DNA of 64,000 bases from Dehalococcoidia bacterium (GTDB lineage Bacteria; Chloroflexota; Dehalococcoidia; DSTF01; JACRBR01): NCBI GenBank assembly GCA_021731085.1, contig JAKFYB010000013.1, forward strand, positions 88,125 through 152,124. The letters run 5' to 3'. The position numbers and the translations under genes are program-made. Under the pieces are notes generated by a model, which was given only the letters and a program-made list of their open reading frames with translations, searched no databases and had not been told where the DNA came from. Of the stretch, positions 20,388-30,986 are shown in pieces. The first letter of the stretch is position 1, and each line of letters opens with the position of its first letter.

Positions 20388-21485
20388 CTATGCGGGCATC
20401 ATTTCGATCGCGTTCAGCTCTTCGACGGCCGCGGCACCACGCTGCAGCCACGCTGTCCATAGCGCCATCCCTCGCTCATTCGCGGCGTCTAGCGTTCCGA
20501 CTGCGATGACGATGTACACGAACTGGAACAGAGCTCCGAGACGGTAGTCGTCCCAACACTGCTCGAATGCATAGCCCGTCACGCCATTCGTCACCAGTGT
20601 GTCGTGATAGAGCCGCACCAGCTCGCGTTCATGCTCGCGCCGCAGTTCAGACGGTAGGCCGCCACACAGCAGGTACGCGATGTCGAACGTCCCTCGGCCG
20701 AGCGTGGAAATCTGCCAGTCCGCGACGGACAACCGCAGCTCGCCGCCCTCGTCCGAGAAGAACAGGTTGTCGACCCGGAAGTCGCCGTGGCTGATCGTAA
20801 GTGGCGGCTGTGCAAACGCCGTTTGTATCTTTACGACGTTTTCGCCGATGCGCTCGCATGCGGATTTTGCTTCAGGCGATAGCGTCTCGCCGAACATATC
20901 GAGAAACGGCCGCCAAGCCTGCGCATACGCACCGGCCGCAACCTGCTGGACGGGCGCGTTGATGGCGGGCATCCATTCGCCAATCTTCGCGAGGCGCGGG
21001 CTCTCCCACCATGTGGCGTGAAACCGCGCGATGTCCTCCACCGCGACGCGAGCCTGCGCGACGGAGCATCCCGCCGCCTGATCGCCGACGCACGCGGGGG
21101 CGAGATCTTCGATCAGCAGGATGTACTGCTGCTTTTCTTGATCCATATCGCTGTAGTAGTGGCGCGGCGCGCGCAGTTCGACGTCATGCGCTATCTCGCG
21201 ATAAAAGCGAATCTCACGATGATAGAAGTCGAACAGGTTCCCGATCTGCCGCCCGCCCTCGGACGCGCCGGGCATCTTCGCGATGATCGATGAAGGCGCG
21301 CCGACCTCCGCGCGGTCGTACGTGGGCCGGATCTGCGCAAGCTGTCCGATGAAGCCCGAGCCTTCGCCGATCGTGCACACATCAATCGACGTGACCGTTG
21401 CGTGCTTGAGCACCCCACTACTCTTAAGGGCAGTCGTCAGCCATGCGGCTGTAAGTTCGCCCGGATTCTGAGGCATCGCACCCAT
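20388..21485 (-). CDS. aminoglycoside/choline-kinase-like phosphotransferase (EcKL type), paralog
   Basis: REIRFY, HGDFRVDNLFF, ADWQ. Confidence 0.85.
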   Translation of the reverse strand: MGAMPQNPGELTAAWLTTALKSSGVLKHATVTSIDVCTIGEGSGFIGQLAQIRPTYDRAEVGAPSSIIAKMPGASEGGRQIGNLFDFYHREIRFYREIAHDVELRAPRHYYSDMDQEKQQYILLIEDLAPACVGDQAAGCSVAQARVAVEDIARFHATWWESPRLAKIGEWMPAINAPVQQVAAGAYAQAWRPFLDMFGETLSPEAKSACERIGENVVKIQTAFAQPPLTISHGDFRVDNLFFSDEGGELRLSVADWQISTLGRGTFDIAYLLCGGLPSELRREHERELVRLYHDTLVTNGVTGYAFEQCWDDYRLGALFQFVYIVIAVGTLDAANERGMALWTAWLQRGAAAVEELNAIEMMPA

Positions 21486-21502
21486 AGCAACTCCTCTGAC
21501 TG

Positions 21503-22744
21503 CTAGAACATGTTCGGGCAGAACGGCGCGTACTCCGTCCGCCACATTGCATCCCACAACTTCAGATCCGCGTCCGGCGACGCCTCGGCGCGACCATACC
21601 GGGCGGCGTTTGTCGGCGACACCTGCCCGTAGAACAGCTGCGCCAGCGCCGAAATGTCGAGGGAGAGCGACGCCGCCTCGCTCGTACGCGACACGATGCT
21701 TCCTTCCGGCCCCGCCTCCAGCGCCCAGCGTCCGGCGTTCCACGGACACATCGCGTCCGTCACTTCGAAGACAACGCGGCCTTCGGCGCCATACGGGCGC
21801 AGGGGCAACAGCCGTTCGAGGTCGATGATGCGTCCGTGCAGCCAGTCACGGTGCTGGGCATTGAGTTCGCGGGGGTCGACCATCACGTGGAACGCTGGAT
21901 CATCCGTCGGCGCTGCGTCGATGACGATGCGTGATGCCAGGTCGAATCGCTTGAGGTACTCCCAGATCGCGCGGTATGCGGAGGGCGTGTTGTAGACGTA
22001 GTCGCGCACATAGATGCGCTGCCCCGGCCCACCTGCATCCGATGGCGACGACGACGCGTACTTGGGCACCCAGGAGATGTAGCCCTGCGGCTCACCGTGC
22101 TCTTCGTAAACAGCGAGCAGACTTGGCCCCGGCTTGAGTCCGTCGTATGTGTCGCCGTTGTGTACCTGCCAGTCCCACATTGCCTGCGCTCGCCGGAGGT
22201 AGCCATTGCGGGGCTCGATGAACCCGTCGTACATCTCCTGCAGGAGCGGCTGTTGTTCCTTCGTGACCTCCCGCCAGGTGCCAGTCGTAGGCGCCATCGA
22301 CGGTACGAAGTTCACCCAGCGGGGATCAATGTTGAAGCGCACGGCCGTTGATACGCAGGCGTAGCCGTAACGCTGGTAGATGCCGGCGATCGAAGCGAGC
22401 AAGATGGCCAAAGGCTCGAGGCGCTCTTCGTAACGGCGCTTGAAGTCCGTCTCCATGATCTTGCGCAGATGGCCGCGCCGCCGGAAGTGCGGCAGCGTGC
22501 CGACGACGGTTACGCCGGCGGCTCGCGTGACGCCGCCGTTGATACGCTGCTGGAAAGGAAAGGCGCCGTACGTCGTCGCAAGCTCGCCGTCCTCGAAGGC
22601 GCACATAGACCATTCGGGGCGCAGGATGAACTCGGCGCGTTCGGGGTCGCGGGGCTTGCCGGTGTAGTTGCCAAAGACGATCGACGGCACGCGGTAGAAC
22701 GCCTCCGTCTCCTCCTCGCGAAAGGGCCTGATTTCGAGTGCCAC
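21503..22744 (-). CDS. Eis-like GNAT acetyltransferase with C-terminal SCP2-like domain
   Basis: VGTLPHFRRRGHL, IYQRYGY, PWNAGRW, C-terminal PFCPNMF. Confidence 0.85.
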   Translation of the reverse strand: MALEIRPFREEETEAFYRVPSIVFGNYTGKPRDPERAEFILRPEWSMCAFEDGELATTYGAFPFQQRINGGVTRAAGVTVVGTLPHFRRRGHLRKIMETDFKRRYEERLEPLAILLASIAGIYQRYGYACVSTAVRFNIDPRWVNFVPSMAPTTGTWREVTKEQQPLLQEMYDGFIEPRNGYLRRAQAMWDWQVHNGDTYDGLKPGPSLLAVYEEHGEPQGYISWVPKYASSSPSDAGGPGQRIYVRDYVYNTPSAYRAIWEYLKRFDLASRIVIDAAPTDDPAFHVMVDPRELNAQHRDWLHGRIIDLERLLPLRPYGAEGRVVFEVTDAMCPWNAGRWALEAGPEGSIVSRTSEAASLSLDISALAQLFYGQVSPTNAARYGRAEASPDADLKLWDAMWRTEYAPFCPNMF

Positions 22745-22824
22745 ACATACCTCCCACGGGCGTGCGCGGATTCTACCAGCCGTCTGCGATGCGCGGCAGG
22801 CTAGCGCCGCGTACAGTACCGCCC

Positions 22825-23622
22825 ATGCGCGCTCCTGCATTCTTCGATGGCCTGCTATCGACCGCGTTCGACGTCGAGTTTGATTCTCGACCGGCCGCCG
22901 ATCGCCGCTTCGACTGGACGGTCGCCGCCATCCTCATCATCGGCGCGATCATCATCGTCAGCTACTCAAGCTTCGGGAAGGTGGAGTTCTTCGACGACCA
23001 CTTCTCTTCGCATTTCGACGGGCACCCGTGGCACGAGATGTACGGCTACCTGTACTGGTTCTTGTCGAGCCTTCTCTGGCTGTTCGCGCTACCAATCCTG
23101 GTCATCGTGCTCCTGCCGGGCCAGCGGCTGCGCGACTTCGGTCTTGGTCTCGGTGACTGGCGCTACGGGCTCCGCGCGGCGCTCTGCCTGTACGGGATTA
23201 TGGTGCCGCTGCTGGCCCTCGCGTCCTTCCGCCCGAACTTCGTGGAGTACTACCCAATGAGCGACTGGGTGCGGGACGAGGTCGCTTTGTTCGCGGATGG
23301 TGGCGGCACGTCACATCTCTGGCCGTTCATCGTGTACGAGGTCGCCTATGCGTTGTACTTCGTCGGCTGGGAGTTCTTCCACCGCGGCTTCTTGACCGTC
23401 GGGCTGTCACGGGTCTTTGGCTGGTACGCGATCTTTGTCGTGACGGTCCCGTTCGCGATCCTGCATCTGAACAAGCCGATGCCGGAGGCCTACGGGGCGA
23501 TTGTCGCCAGCGTCGTGCTGGGATGGCTGGCCATCCGCACAAGGTCGTCGTGGTGGGGCTTCGGTGTGCACGCCAGCGTCGCCGTCACGATGGATGTCTT
23601 CGCTGTGCTGCACCAGATCTAG
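22825..23622 (+). CDS. CPBP (CAAX/Abi) intramembrane metalloprotease
   Basis: WEFFHRG, FAILH, GFGVH; multiple TM segments. Confidence 0.85.
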   Translation: MRAPAFFDGLLSTAFDVEFDSRPAADRRFDWTVAAILIIGAIIIVSYSSFGKVEFFDDHFSSHFDGHPWHEMYGYLYWFLSSLLWLFALPILVIVLLPGQRLRDFGLGLGDWRYGLRAALCLYGIMVPLLALASFRPNFVEYYPMSDWVRDEVALFADGGGTSHLWPFIVYEVAYALYFVGWEFFHRGFLTVGLSRVFGWYAIFVVTVPFAILHLNKPMPEAYGAIVASVVLGWLAIRTRSSWWGFGVHASVAVTMDVFAVLHQI

Positions 23623-23632
23623 GCCACAGCGA

Positions 23633-23881
23633 TTACAGTGAGCGCTTGATGGCGGCGAGCAGTGCGCGTCGGTCAGCCGCTGTCGTAGCGGGAAAGCGCT
23701 GCCACTCCGAACCTGTCCGCACGTCGGCGAAGAAGCCCGTCGGATCCTCATGGAAGTGCAGGAACGCCTGCGACTTCCGGTAGAAGATGCCGCGCCTCTT
23801 TTCCGTCAGGCCCTCGACGAGGCGGATCTTCTCGATCACCGGTTCGAGCACGTCGAGTGCGATGGGCGTGGCGTGCTTCAT
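23633..23881 (-). CDS. conserved hypothetical protein
   Basis: GIFYRKSQAFLHFHED; translationally coupled to the upstream gene. Confidence 0.7.
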   Translation of the reverse strand: MKHATPIALDVLEPVIEKIRLVEGLTEKRRGIFYRKSQAFLHFHEDPTGFFADVRTGSEWQRFPATTAADRRALLAAIKRSL

Positions 23882-24162
23882 ACAGGCCCCGTGCGCTCAC
23901 AGGCAGCGCAAACCTGATACCCGTCACCTTCTGGGCCGTGGTTGATTCTCAGCCAGGCGATCAACTCTGCCTTATCGCGACTGCACGCCTTGGCAACGCT
24001 GGTGAGTCTCTCGTACCGATCACTTCCCAGGAATGGGCAATCAGTTCGATGCAGACGAATCCAGTCCGTTCCCATGTTCAAACCGTTCGCGACATACGCG
24101 AGGCCGCTTTTGCGATACGCGGCGTACTCCGCTTCCTGGTCGTGGAAATTCGCGACGGCCAT
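23878..24162 (-). CDS. hypothetical protein with His/Cys motifs
   Basis: LHRTDC...KAC...CAAC; coupled within the operon. Confidence 0.6.
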   Translation of the reverse strand: MAVANFHDQEAEYAAYRKSGLAYVANGLNMGTDWIRLHRTDCPFLGSDRYERLTSVAKACSRDKAELIAWLRINHGPEGDGYQVCAACERTGPV

Positions 24163-24165
24163 GCG

Positions 24166-24480
24166 TCACCCCAACTTCACGGCCGTGCCCGACGCCGTCA
24201 CCATCAGCATCGCGCCACCGACCGTCTCATAGTCGATATCGACGCCGACAACGGCATCGGCACCTAGCTCCGCTGCAGCCTGCTCCATCTCTTCGAGCGC
24301 CGTTTCGCGGCCTTTGCGCAACTCCTTCTCATAGCCGCCGGAACGGCCGCCAGTGATGTTGCGGAACTGCGCGCCGATATCGCGAAAGACGTTGGCGCCG
24401 AGCACTGTCTCGCCGGCGACGACGCCCAGATACTCGCGGACGGGCCGTCCTTCGACGACGGTTGTTGTGGTGACGATCAT
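24166..24480 (-). CDS. YbjQ/UPF0145 family protein
   Basis: [26 protein letters not shown]. Confidence 0.92.
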   Translation of the reverse strand: MIVTTTTVVEGRPVREYLGVVAGETVLGANVFRDIGAQFRNITGGRSGGYEKELRKGRETALEEMEQAAAELGADAVVGVDIDYETVGGAMLMVTASGTAVKLG

Positions 24481-24496
24481 GCTGCCTCCTCCGCGG

Positions 24497-25009
24497 CTAT
24501 GGCGTTGAGGACAAAGTATCGGCCCGTGCCGCATCGATGTCCACCACCGATGCCAGCGGCGGGGGAAACAGGCGGTCGATGACGGCGGCCCGATAGTTCA
24601 GGATTTGGGCCAACTGTCGTCGCACCACGAGGGCGTGCGCGGCACCGCCGAGTGGCCCGAGCGGCATGTCGTAGACGACGCGGTCGGTCATGTGTGTTAT
24701 GTCGTCGCTCACACGCTCGAAGCGATGCTCGTGCCACCACCGTTTGTAGGGACCACGCTTCTGCTCATCAACGAACCGAGCGTTACGCTCGTACTCGGTG
24801 ATCACGGTCGTCCACCGGATGCGTACGCGGAGCCAGCGGATGGTGTAGTCGATCTCGCAGCCGTTGAAGATCTCGTCACCGGGCATGCGCTCGACGCTGA
24901 AGCGCATCCATGCTGGAGTCAGCGCGGCCAGATTGCGCGGGTCGCTGAAGTAATCGAAAGCCTTCCCGATTGATGCGTATACGATCTGTGTTCGCTCTAG
25001 CTCGTTCAC
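24497..25009 (-). CDS. SRPBCC family protein
   Basis: [17 protein letters not shown]. Confidence 0.85.
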   Translation of the reverse strand: MNELERTQIVYASIGKAFDYFSDPRNLAALTPAWMRFSVERMPGDEIFNGCEIDYTIRWLRVRIRWTTVITEYERNARFVDEQKRGPYKRWWHEHRFERVSDDITHMTDRVVYDMPLGPLGGAAHALVVRRQLAQILNYRAAVIDRLFPPPLASVVDIDAARADTLSSTP

Positions 25010-25311
25010 GCGCTACTCCTGGTTCCGTGCCCACCTACCGTCGATAGAACAAACTGATGGCATCCAACCCCGCGCCACCGAGTAACCCTGTTATTCCTGT
25101 TAAGAACGCCGCTTCTTACCAATAATTGTCGATTATGTCGGCCTTCAGGTCTGCCGCCCGGCCGCCTGCCGCGATAAAATGGCCTTGGTTCGCGCGCCCC
25201 CCGTGAGGGCCACCCTTCCTCGGGCTCACGCCTTGGAAGGGGCAGCAATCTCACCGTTTTAGACACGAATCCGGCGCTCTGGCGGCGGATTCACCAGTAC
25301 TACGAGGCAAC

Positions 25312-25884
25312 GTGGTCAATCGATCGCTCAATGGCGAAGGCTACATGCTCCCACTCGGCGGGCCGGAGTTCTGGCTGCAGGCCGAACTGCAGGACGCAAT
25401 GGATCGCCTGATCAAAACGCACTTCCGCGATGTGCTCGCGATGCCGCGCGCGCCGTATCCGACGCTCGAACTGAGCGCGCGCATGACATCGAGCGCCGGC
25501 CGCTGTTATCCGGACAGTGGCGAGATAAAGCTGGCGACGTTGTACCACCGCGACCACGGCCTTGATGAAACGCTGATGGTACTCAAGCATGAGCTCGCGC
25601 ACTGGGGCGCGCGCTGGCGCTACGGGCGTCGCATCGCGCCGCATGGCCGCGAGTTCCGTGCTGTCGCGCACGAGCTGGACCCGCGCATCACCATCTACTG
25701 CCCGCCCTTCGCCGCAAAGGAGCGCGCGCAGCGTAAGACGTGGAAGATGCAGTGCCCGCGCTGCCGCAAGCACTACACCCGTGGGCGCCGCGATAAAGTG
25801 GCGTGCCGCTCCTGCTGTGACACGTACGCGGGCGGCAACTACGACCGCCGCTTCAAGCTCGCCGTCGTTTCTCGTGGCGACTGA
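25312..25884 (+). CDS. SprT-like zinc metalloprotease
   Basis: RMTSSAG, HELAH, HGREF, C-terminal CxxC pairs. Confidence 0.85.
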   Translation: MVNRSLNGEGYMLPLGGPEFWLQAELQDAMDRLIKTHFRDVLAMPRAPYPTLELSARMTSSAGRCYPDSGEIKLATLYHRDHGLDETLMVLKHELAHWGARWRYGRRIAPHGREFRAVAHELDPRITIYCPPFAAKERAQRKTWKMQCPRCRKHYTRGRRDKVACRSCCDTYAGGNYDRRFKLAVVSRGD

Positions 25885-26548
25885 CGCCACGCTCATCGCT
25901 ACGCCTTCAGTCGCCGTTCTCTTCGACCTCGATGGCGTCATCGTCGATAGCCGCCACTTTCACATGCTGGCGTGGGAGCAATGGGCCCGCGACCAAAGCG
26001 TCGAGCACGCGGCGGACTACTTTCACGCGATGTTCGGCCGCCGCAACGACGCCATCATCGGCGGTCTCCTGCCCGGCATCACTCCCGAGGAGTTCAAGCG
26101 CCTCGCCGACGCGAAAGAGCAGCTGTTCCGGGACGGAGCACGCGGCAATATCACCGCCCTTCCAGGGGCCATGGCGCTGCTCGACGCGCTGGACGCGCAC
26201 GACCTCCCGCGTGCGATCGTCACTTCCACGCCTCGGGCCAATCTGGCGCTGATTCTAGAGTCACTCCGCTGTGAGCACCGGTTTGGGGCGCTGGTCGCCG
26301 AGGAGGATGCGTCGCGCGGGAAGCCGGATCCGGAGGGCTTCCTGATCGCAGCCCAGCGCCTCGATGCTGCTGCGGAGGTCTGTGTGGTCATCGAGGACGC
26401 CCCGGCCGGGCTGGCGGCGGCGAAGGCCGGCGGGATGCGGGCAATCGGCGTAACGACAACGCATCCAGCCGCAGCGCTCCACGATGCGGACATCGTGGTC
26501 GATACGCTCGACGATCCGTTGGTCCTGCAGTTCATCACTGGTAGCTGA
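25874..26548 (+). CDS. HAD phosphatase (beta-phosphoglucomutase-like)
   Basis: FDLDGVIVDS, GKPDPE, VIEDA. Confidence 0.88.
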   Translation: MATDATLIATPSVAVLFDLDGVIVDSRHFHMLAWEQWARDQSVEHAADYFHAMFGRRNDAIIGGLLPGITPEEFKRLADAKEQLFRDGARGNITALPGAMALLDALDAHDLPRAIVTSTPRANLALILESLRCEHRFGALVAEEDASRGKPDPEGFLIAAQRLDAAAEVCVVIEDAPAGLAAAKAGGMRAIGVTTTHPAAALHDADIVVDTLDDPLVLQFITGS

Positions 26549-26712
26549 TCGACGCGTTCGCGTATACGGCTTGTATCCCTCCACACGAGCGACCACCGCG
26601 AATGACCTCAAATGTCAGTCAAATAACAGATCTTTAATGGTGATCCATGGGAACCTTCCGCGTACCGTAGGCGTTGTACAGCCACACCAGCGAGCACGCG
26701 AAAGGAACTTCG

Positions 26713-28206
26713 ATGCCGCGCTCGCGGACGACACTGCTTTGGGGGCTCTTCGCGATGGCCGCGATCGCTGCGATCGTTGGCGGCGCGCTGCTGCTCGTGC
26801 GCGCGTTCGACTCATCGACGACGACAACGGGGGCGACACTGCCGCACGACGCGCCACCGGCCGCCATCGACGCGCGCGTGCTCTGCTCGCTGTCGAACGA
26901 CGATGCGCTCGCGGCGCTGGTCACCGGCGCGGACGGCGGCACTTCAGTCGTTGTCGGTAACAAGACGTGGTGGCTGTTCGGCGACACGATCTTTCGTGGA
27001 GATTCCGGCAAGCAGATCGAGGCGAACTCCATCGCCGTATCGACGGAACGCCGCCCGGACGGGTGCCCGCGGCTCGAATACCACGCAGAGAACGGGATTT
27101 CGGTGCCGTTCATCGAGAAGGATGGTTCCCTCACGGTCTGGCCGACGGGCGGCTTCGCGGGCGGCAATGACATGCTCAACGTCTACACCGCCTACGTCTA
27201 CGGCAACGGTCCTTACAGCTATTCGGTCGATGAAGTCGGCGCCGTGCGCCTCGACACTGACACGATGCAGACGGAGGTACTGAACCGGCGGCTCTGGGAC
27301 GAGAACTCCGGTTTTCCCAGCCGCGTCATCCTTGCACAGCCAATCGAGATGGATGAAGGCGACGAACTGCTGCACGTCGTCCTCCACGCACAGGACACAT
27401 CGAAGTACCTCGCGCGCGTTGAGCCGGATCGCTTCGCGGACTCCACCGCGTACGAGTTCTGGGACGGCGCAGGGTGGTCGGAGTCCGCGGCGGATGTCAG
27501 CGCCCTGTGGTCGCTGCCCACCGTCGTCGATCCGGTCGAGCAGCTCCTGAACTTCGAGAACGGGGCGTCGGTGACGTGGAACCCTGCCCTGAACAAGTAC
27601 GTGGCGCTCGTGAATGCCGGCTTCGACGGCATCGGCGCGCGCGTGGCGGATCGGATTGAAGGCCCGTGGTCCGAACCCGTGCGCTGGCTCGACTGCCTGG
27701 CGTTCGCGAACGCCCGCGTGCCGACGTGCTACAGCCCACAGCAACATGCCTCCTACGCCAGCGAAGATGGCCGCCGCATCTACGCCACGATCAGCGCCAT
27801 CGAACCGTACGAGACGCAGTTTGTCGAGATCACGCTCGGCGATGCGATCCACGAATGGCGCGATGGCGACCGCATCATGTACGCACCCGCGGTCTCGAGC
27901 GACCAGTGGGAGGATCAGGGCGTCGCGTTCTATGCATCCGCCGTCGAGCACCCCGGCTTCGTGCCCGTGTTCGAGTGGACACGCGGTGGCGAGTCGCAGT
28001 TCGCACCCGCATCCCCCGCCGACGGCTGGTCTTCGTCGGGTGCCGTCTTCTACGTTACGACGACGGCGCAATCGCAGGACGGCCTCATTCACTACCGCCC
28101 GGTGTACGACTGGGCAAACGGCGACTCACACATCCTTTCGCCACTGGAGACAGGGCTCGAGGAGTATGGATACAAGCGAGGACTTGCTATGTTCTACGCC
28201 CCGTAG
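26713..28206 (+). CDS. secreted or membrane-anchored DUF4185-like protein
   Basis: N-terminal TM; GADGG, WWLFGDT, GPWS. Confidence 0.65.
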   Translation: MPRSRTTLLWGLFAMAAIAAIVGGALLLVRAFDSSTTTTGATLPHDAPPAAIDARVLCSLSNDDALAALVTGADGGTSVVVGNKTWWLFGDTIFRGDSGKQIEANSIAVSTERRPDGCPRLEYHAENGISVPFIEKDGSLTVWPTGGFAGGNDMLNVYTAYVYGNGPYSYSVDEVGAVRLDTDTMQTEVLNRRLWDENSGFPSRVILAQPIEMDEGDELLHVVLHAQDTSKYLARVEPDRFADSTAYEFWDGAGWSESAADVSALWSLPTVVDPVEQLLNFENGASVTWNPALNKYVALVNAGFDGIGARVADRIEGPWSEPVRWLDCLAFANARVPTCYSPQQHASYASEDGRRIYATISAIEPYETQFVEITLGDAIHEWRDGDRIMYAPAVSSDQWEDQGVAFYASAVEHPGFVPVFEWTRGGESQFAPASPADGWSSSGAVFYVTTTAQSQDGLIHYRPVYDWANGDSHILSPLETGLEEYGYKRGLAMFYAP

Positions 28207-28313
28207 TACTTGGCGGCCGCGTGCGGCTGCGCACACCACAGGAAAGAAGGCGCTGCGAGGCTGACGCGACGCCCAGGTCAGGTCATGCGGACAGAAGTCC
28301 GCGGGAGGACGAC

Positions 28314-30977
28314 ATGAACCGGGTATCCACGCTGATCATCGGAGCGCTCTTCGCCATCGCAGCGATCGAGTTCGGCCTGCTGGGCGCGAGCGCGGCGGGG
28401 CTGACTGGCGGCAAGGATGGCGGGCTGCCACCTGTCAGCGAACGGGTGGGCGTCGTCGCCACGCCTACGCCACTACCCGCGCTGGAAATCTCGCTGTCAG
28501 CGCCACCGTACATCGGCTGCAACCCAAATCACGGTGAATTCGTGGACGCGTTTATCACGACGGCGGGAGGCCAAATCGTGGCCGACGGCACAGAGGTTGC
28601 GTTCTCGGTGCTTCCTCAGGGCACCGCCAATCCCGCTATCGCAACGACCGTCGCAGGCACCGCTACCTCGTGGGTTCTCCCTGACGTGCCCAGCGGCGGC
28701 GGCATCACTGTTTTCGCAACGTCCGGCTTCGCGGAGGCATCCGTCTTCATTCCATGTGGGTTTGCGACGCCGACCATGCCGGTCTTCGTAACCGTCACGC
28801 CAACGCCATCACCTACTCCGTGCGACGGACCGTGTCCGCCGACATTCACCGCGACAACAACATGGACGCCTGGCCCTCAGGGGACAAACACGCCCTGTGC
28901 GCTATGCCCGACAGCTACGCCCCCGCCGCTCTCCCCGCCGCCGTGCGATCCGGAGGAGCAGTTCTGTTCGCCGGCCACGCCGGAGCCTCCGCCCTCGCCG
29001 CCTTCGGTCGATGCCACGGGCATCGATATCCGAGCCAACCCGTTAACCATCGAGTGCAATGGCAGCGACCGTTCGGTCGTGACGGTGCGACTATTCGATG
29101 CGAACGGCGATCCTGTGCCGGACGGGACGTGGGTGTACTTCAGCCCGTACAACGGCTATGCCGATCCCTGGTCGGCGCAGACAACAAACGGCTACGCGAA
29201 AACGCAGGTCTCCTTCTACGGCGACATCTTCCCGTACGGTCCTAACCTGATCGTCGAGTCAGGACTGCTGCAAGCGGGCATCCGCATCCGCTGCAATCCG
29301 CAGTCCGATCCAACACCGTACCCGTGCAACCCCTCGCCGGGGAGCGACCCGCTGAGTCCGCCATGCGAACCGGAGCCGCCGTGCTCCGTCTCGCCACCGT
29401 CGGTGAGCCCGCCGTGCGAGGAACCACCGCAATCGCCGCCGACCGCCTTTGAACTCAGGCTGGATTGCGACACGGACACGTTCGGAATTCAGACGTACTG
29501 CTTCGCGTCGCCATCCGTATCCCAGGACGTCGCGGTCGTGATTACGAACCAATCTGGCAGCGGCAGCGAGATAGCTGGATTCAACTTCATACTGAACAAT
29601 GCGGACATCTCGATCATCGAGCCGCTGCCGGGAGTCGATACGACGCCACCGAATCACAACAACAATCCCGACTTCAACGAGGCAGAGATCAGCGCATCGG
29701 GCTGGGAGTGCGGACCGGTCAATCCTGACCAGACTCCCGGCGGTCCGTCAAGTGAGTCGCTGCTGTCGTGCTTCAACGGCCAGGGTTCCGTTTCTATCGC
29801 GGACGGTGCCTCGCTAGTCCTGGGCGTGGTCCATTACCGCACCGGGGTTCATGCAGGATCGACGCCGATCTTCATCGACTTTGCTGCGTTCTACGACTCT
29901 TCATTCCTCGAGTTGGGATCATGCCAGCCGACGATTGAGACCGAGATGAACTGCCACGGCGCAGTCGTTGAAATGCAGCCGCCATCACCGCCAGTCGGGA
30001 CACCTACACCTTCAAACACGGCATTCGAGATGGCGATCGACTGCGATTCCGCAAGTGAGGGTATTCAGAGCGAGTGTACTATCGAGCCCGGTCAGGCCGT
30101 TGACGCGCCGATCGTGGTGACGAACCGCACCTCGATTGACGAGAGGCTCGGCGCTCTTGGCTTCTACCTTGACAATGACGACACGAGCGTGCTCGCACCG
30201 AACGCAAGCGATGGCAACCCGCCAACGGGTCGCGATGGAAACCCGGATTTCAACGAGGGCGGACTCACATCCCCCAACTGGCTTTGCGCGCCGCCAACAC
30301 CGAGTCCCGACGTCACGCCGGGAGGACCGACGAGCGAATCGTTCATTGGCTGCTTCAACGGCTACCCGGCGACGGCACAGCTGATTGCAGCGGGCGAGTC
30401 GATCGTGATCGCGACCGTGCGCTTGACGGCCTCTTCCAATGGCGAAGCACACCTGGCGATTCGCGATGGCAACTTGTACAGCGCGAACTTCGGCGAGCTT
30501 GGTACATGCAACGGGTTCGTCAATATCGCGATGGCTTGTCCTGGCGCAACGATCACCGTCGACTCAGGCCCCACGACAGGCCCGATCACGACGCCGACCA
30601 GCATTGCGACGAACACACCGGTTTCGACCAATACGCCACTGCCGACAAACACCGCGCCGCCAACTCCTACCAACGTGCCAACGCAAACGCCGGCACCGCC
30701 ACCAGCGACACTTGCTCCGCCCAGCCCGACGCGGCCAGCTCGCACAGCGACAACCGTCGCGCGCACCGCCACCGTCGAGCCGACGCGCACACCCTCGCGC
30801 GGCAACCGATGCGCCGACGTGAACGACGACGGACGAGTGACGCGCGCCGACATCCGCGACATCGTGCGGCGTGTGCAGCGCGGGCCGTACATCGCCAAGT
30901 ACGACATCAACCGCAACGGCAGGCTCGGGTCTGGTGACGTGGTTGCGGCGATACGACAGCTCGGCCGCAGGTGCTAG
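28314..30977 (+). CDS. secreted Pro/Cys-rich surface protein: 2 Ig-like (Big_1-like) domains, 2 cohesin-like repeats, PT linker, C-terminal dockerin-like domain
   Basis: Signal peptide; VADGTEVAFS and VPDGTWVYFS; repeats LDCD..GIQ..C; DVNDDGRV and DINRNGRL EF-hand pair. Confidence 0.7.
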   Translation: MNRVSTLIIGALFAIAAIEFGLLGASAAGLTGGKDGGLPPVSERVGVVATPTPLPALEISLSAPPYIGCNPNHGEFVDAFITTAGGQIVADGTEVAFSVLPQGTANPAIATTVAGTATSWVLPDVPSGGGITVFATSGFAEASVFIPCGFATPTMPVFVTVTPTPSPTPCDGPCPPTFTATTTWTPGPQGTNTPCALCPTATPPPLSPPPCDPEEQFCSPATPEPPPSPPSVDATGIDIRANPLTIECNGSDRSVVTVRLFDANGDPVPDGTWVYFSPYNGYADPWSAQTTNGYAKTQVSFYGDIFPYGPNLIVESGLLQAGIRIRCNPQSDPTPYPCNPSPGSDPLSPPCEPEPPCSVSPPSVSPPCEEPPQSPPTAFELRLDCDTDTFGIQTYCFASPSVSQDVAVVITNQSGSGSEIAGFNFILNNADISIIEPLPGVDTTPPNHNNNPDFNEAEISASGWECGPVNPDQTPGGPSSESLLSCFNGQGSVSIADGASLVLGVVHYRTGVHAGSTPIFIDFAAFYDSSFLELGSCQPTIETEMNCHGAVVEMQPPSPPVGTPTPSNTAFEMAIDCDSASEGIQSECTIEPGQAVDAPIVVTNRTSIDERLGALGFYLDNDDTSVLAPNASDGNPPTGRDGNPDFNEGGLTSPNWLCAPPTPSPDVTPGGPTSESFIGCFNGYPATAQLIAAGESIVIATVRLTASSNGEAHLAIRDGNLYSANFGELGTCNGFVNIAMACPGATITVDSGPTTGPITTPTSIATNTPVSTNTPLPTNTAPPTPTNVPTQTPAPPPATLAPPSPTRPARTATTVARTATVEPTRTPSRGNRCADVNDDGRVTRADIRDIVRRVQRGPYIAKYDINRNGRLGSGDVVAAIRQLGRRC

Positions 30978-30986
30978 GTACGAACG

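Noticed and set aside
27666..28313. N-terminal 216 aa of the 1103-aa ORF
   Set aside because: Overlaps the DUF4185-like gene; the GGAGGA RBS and signal peptide point to ATG 28314
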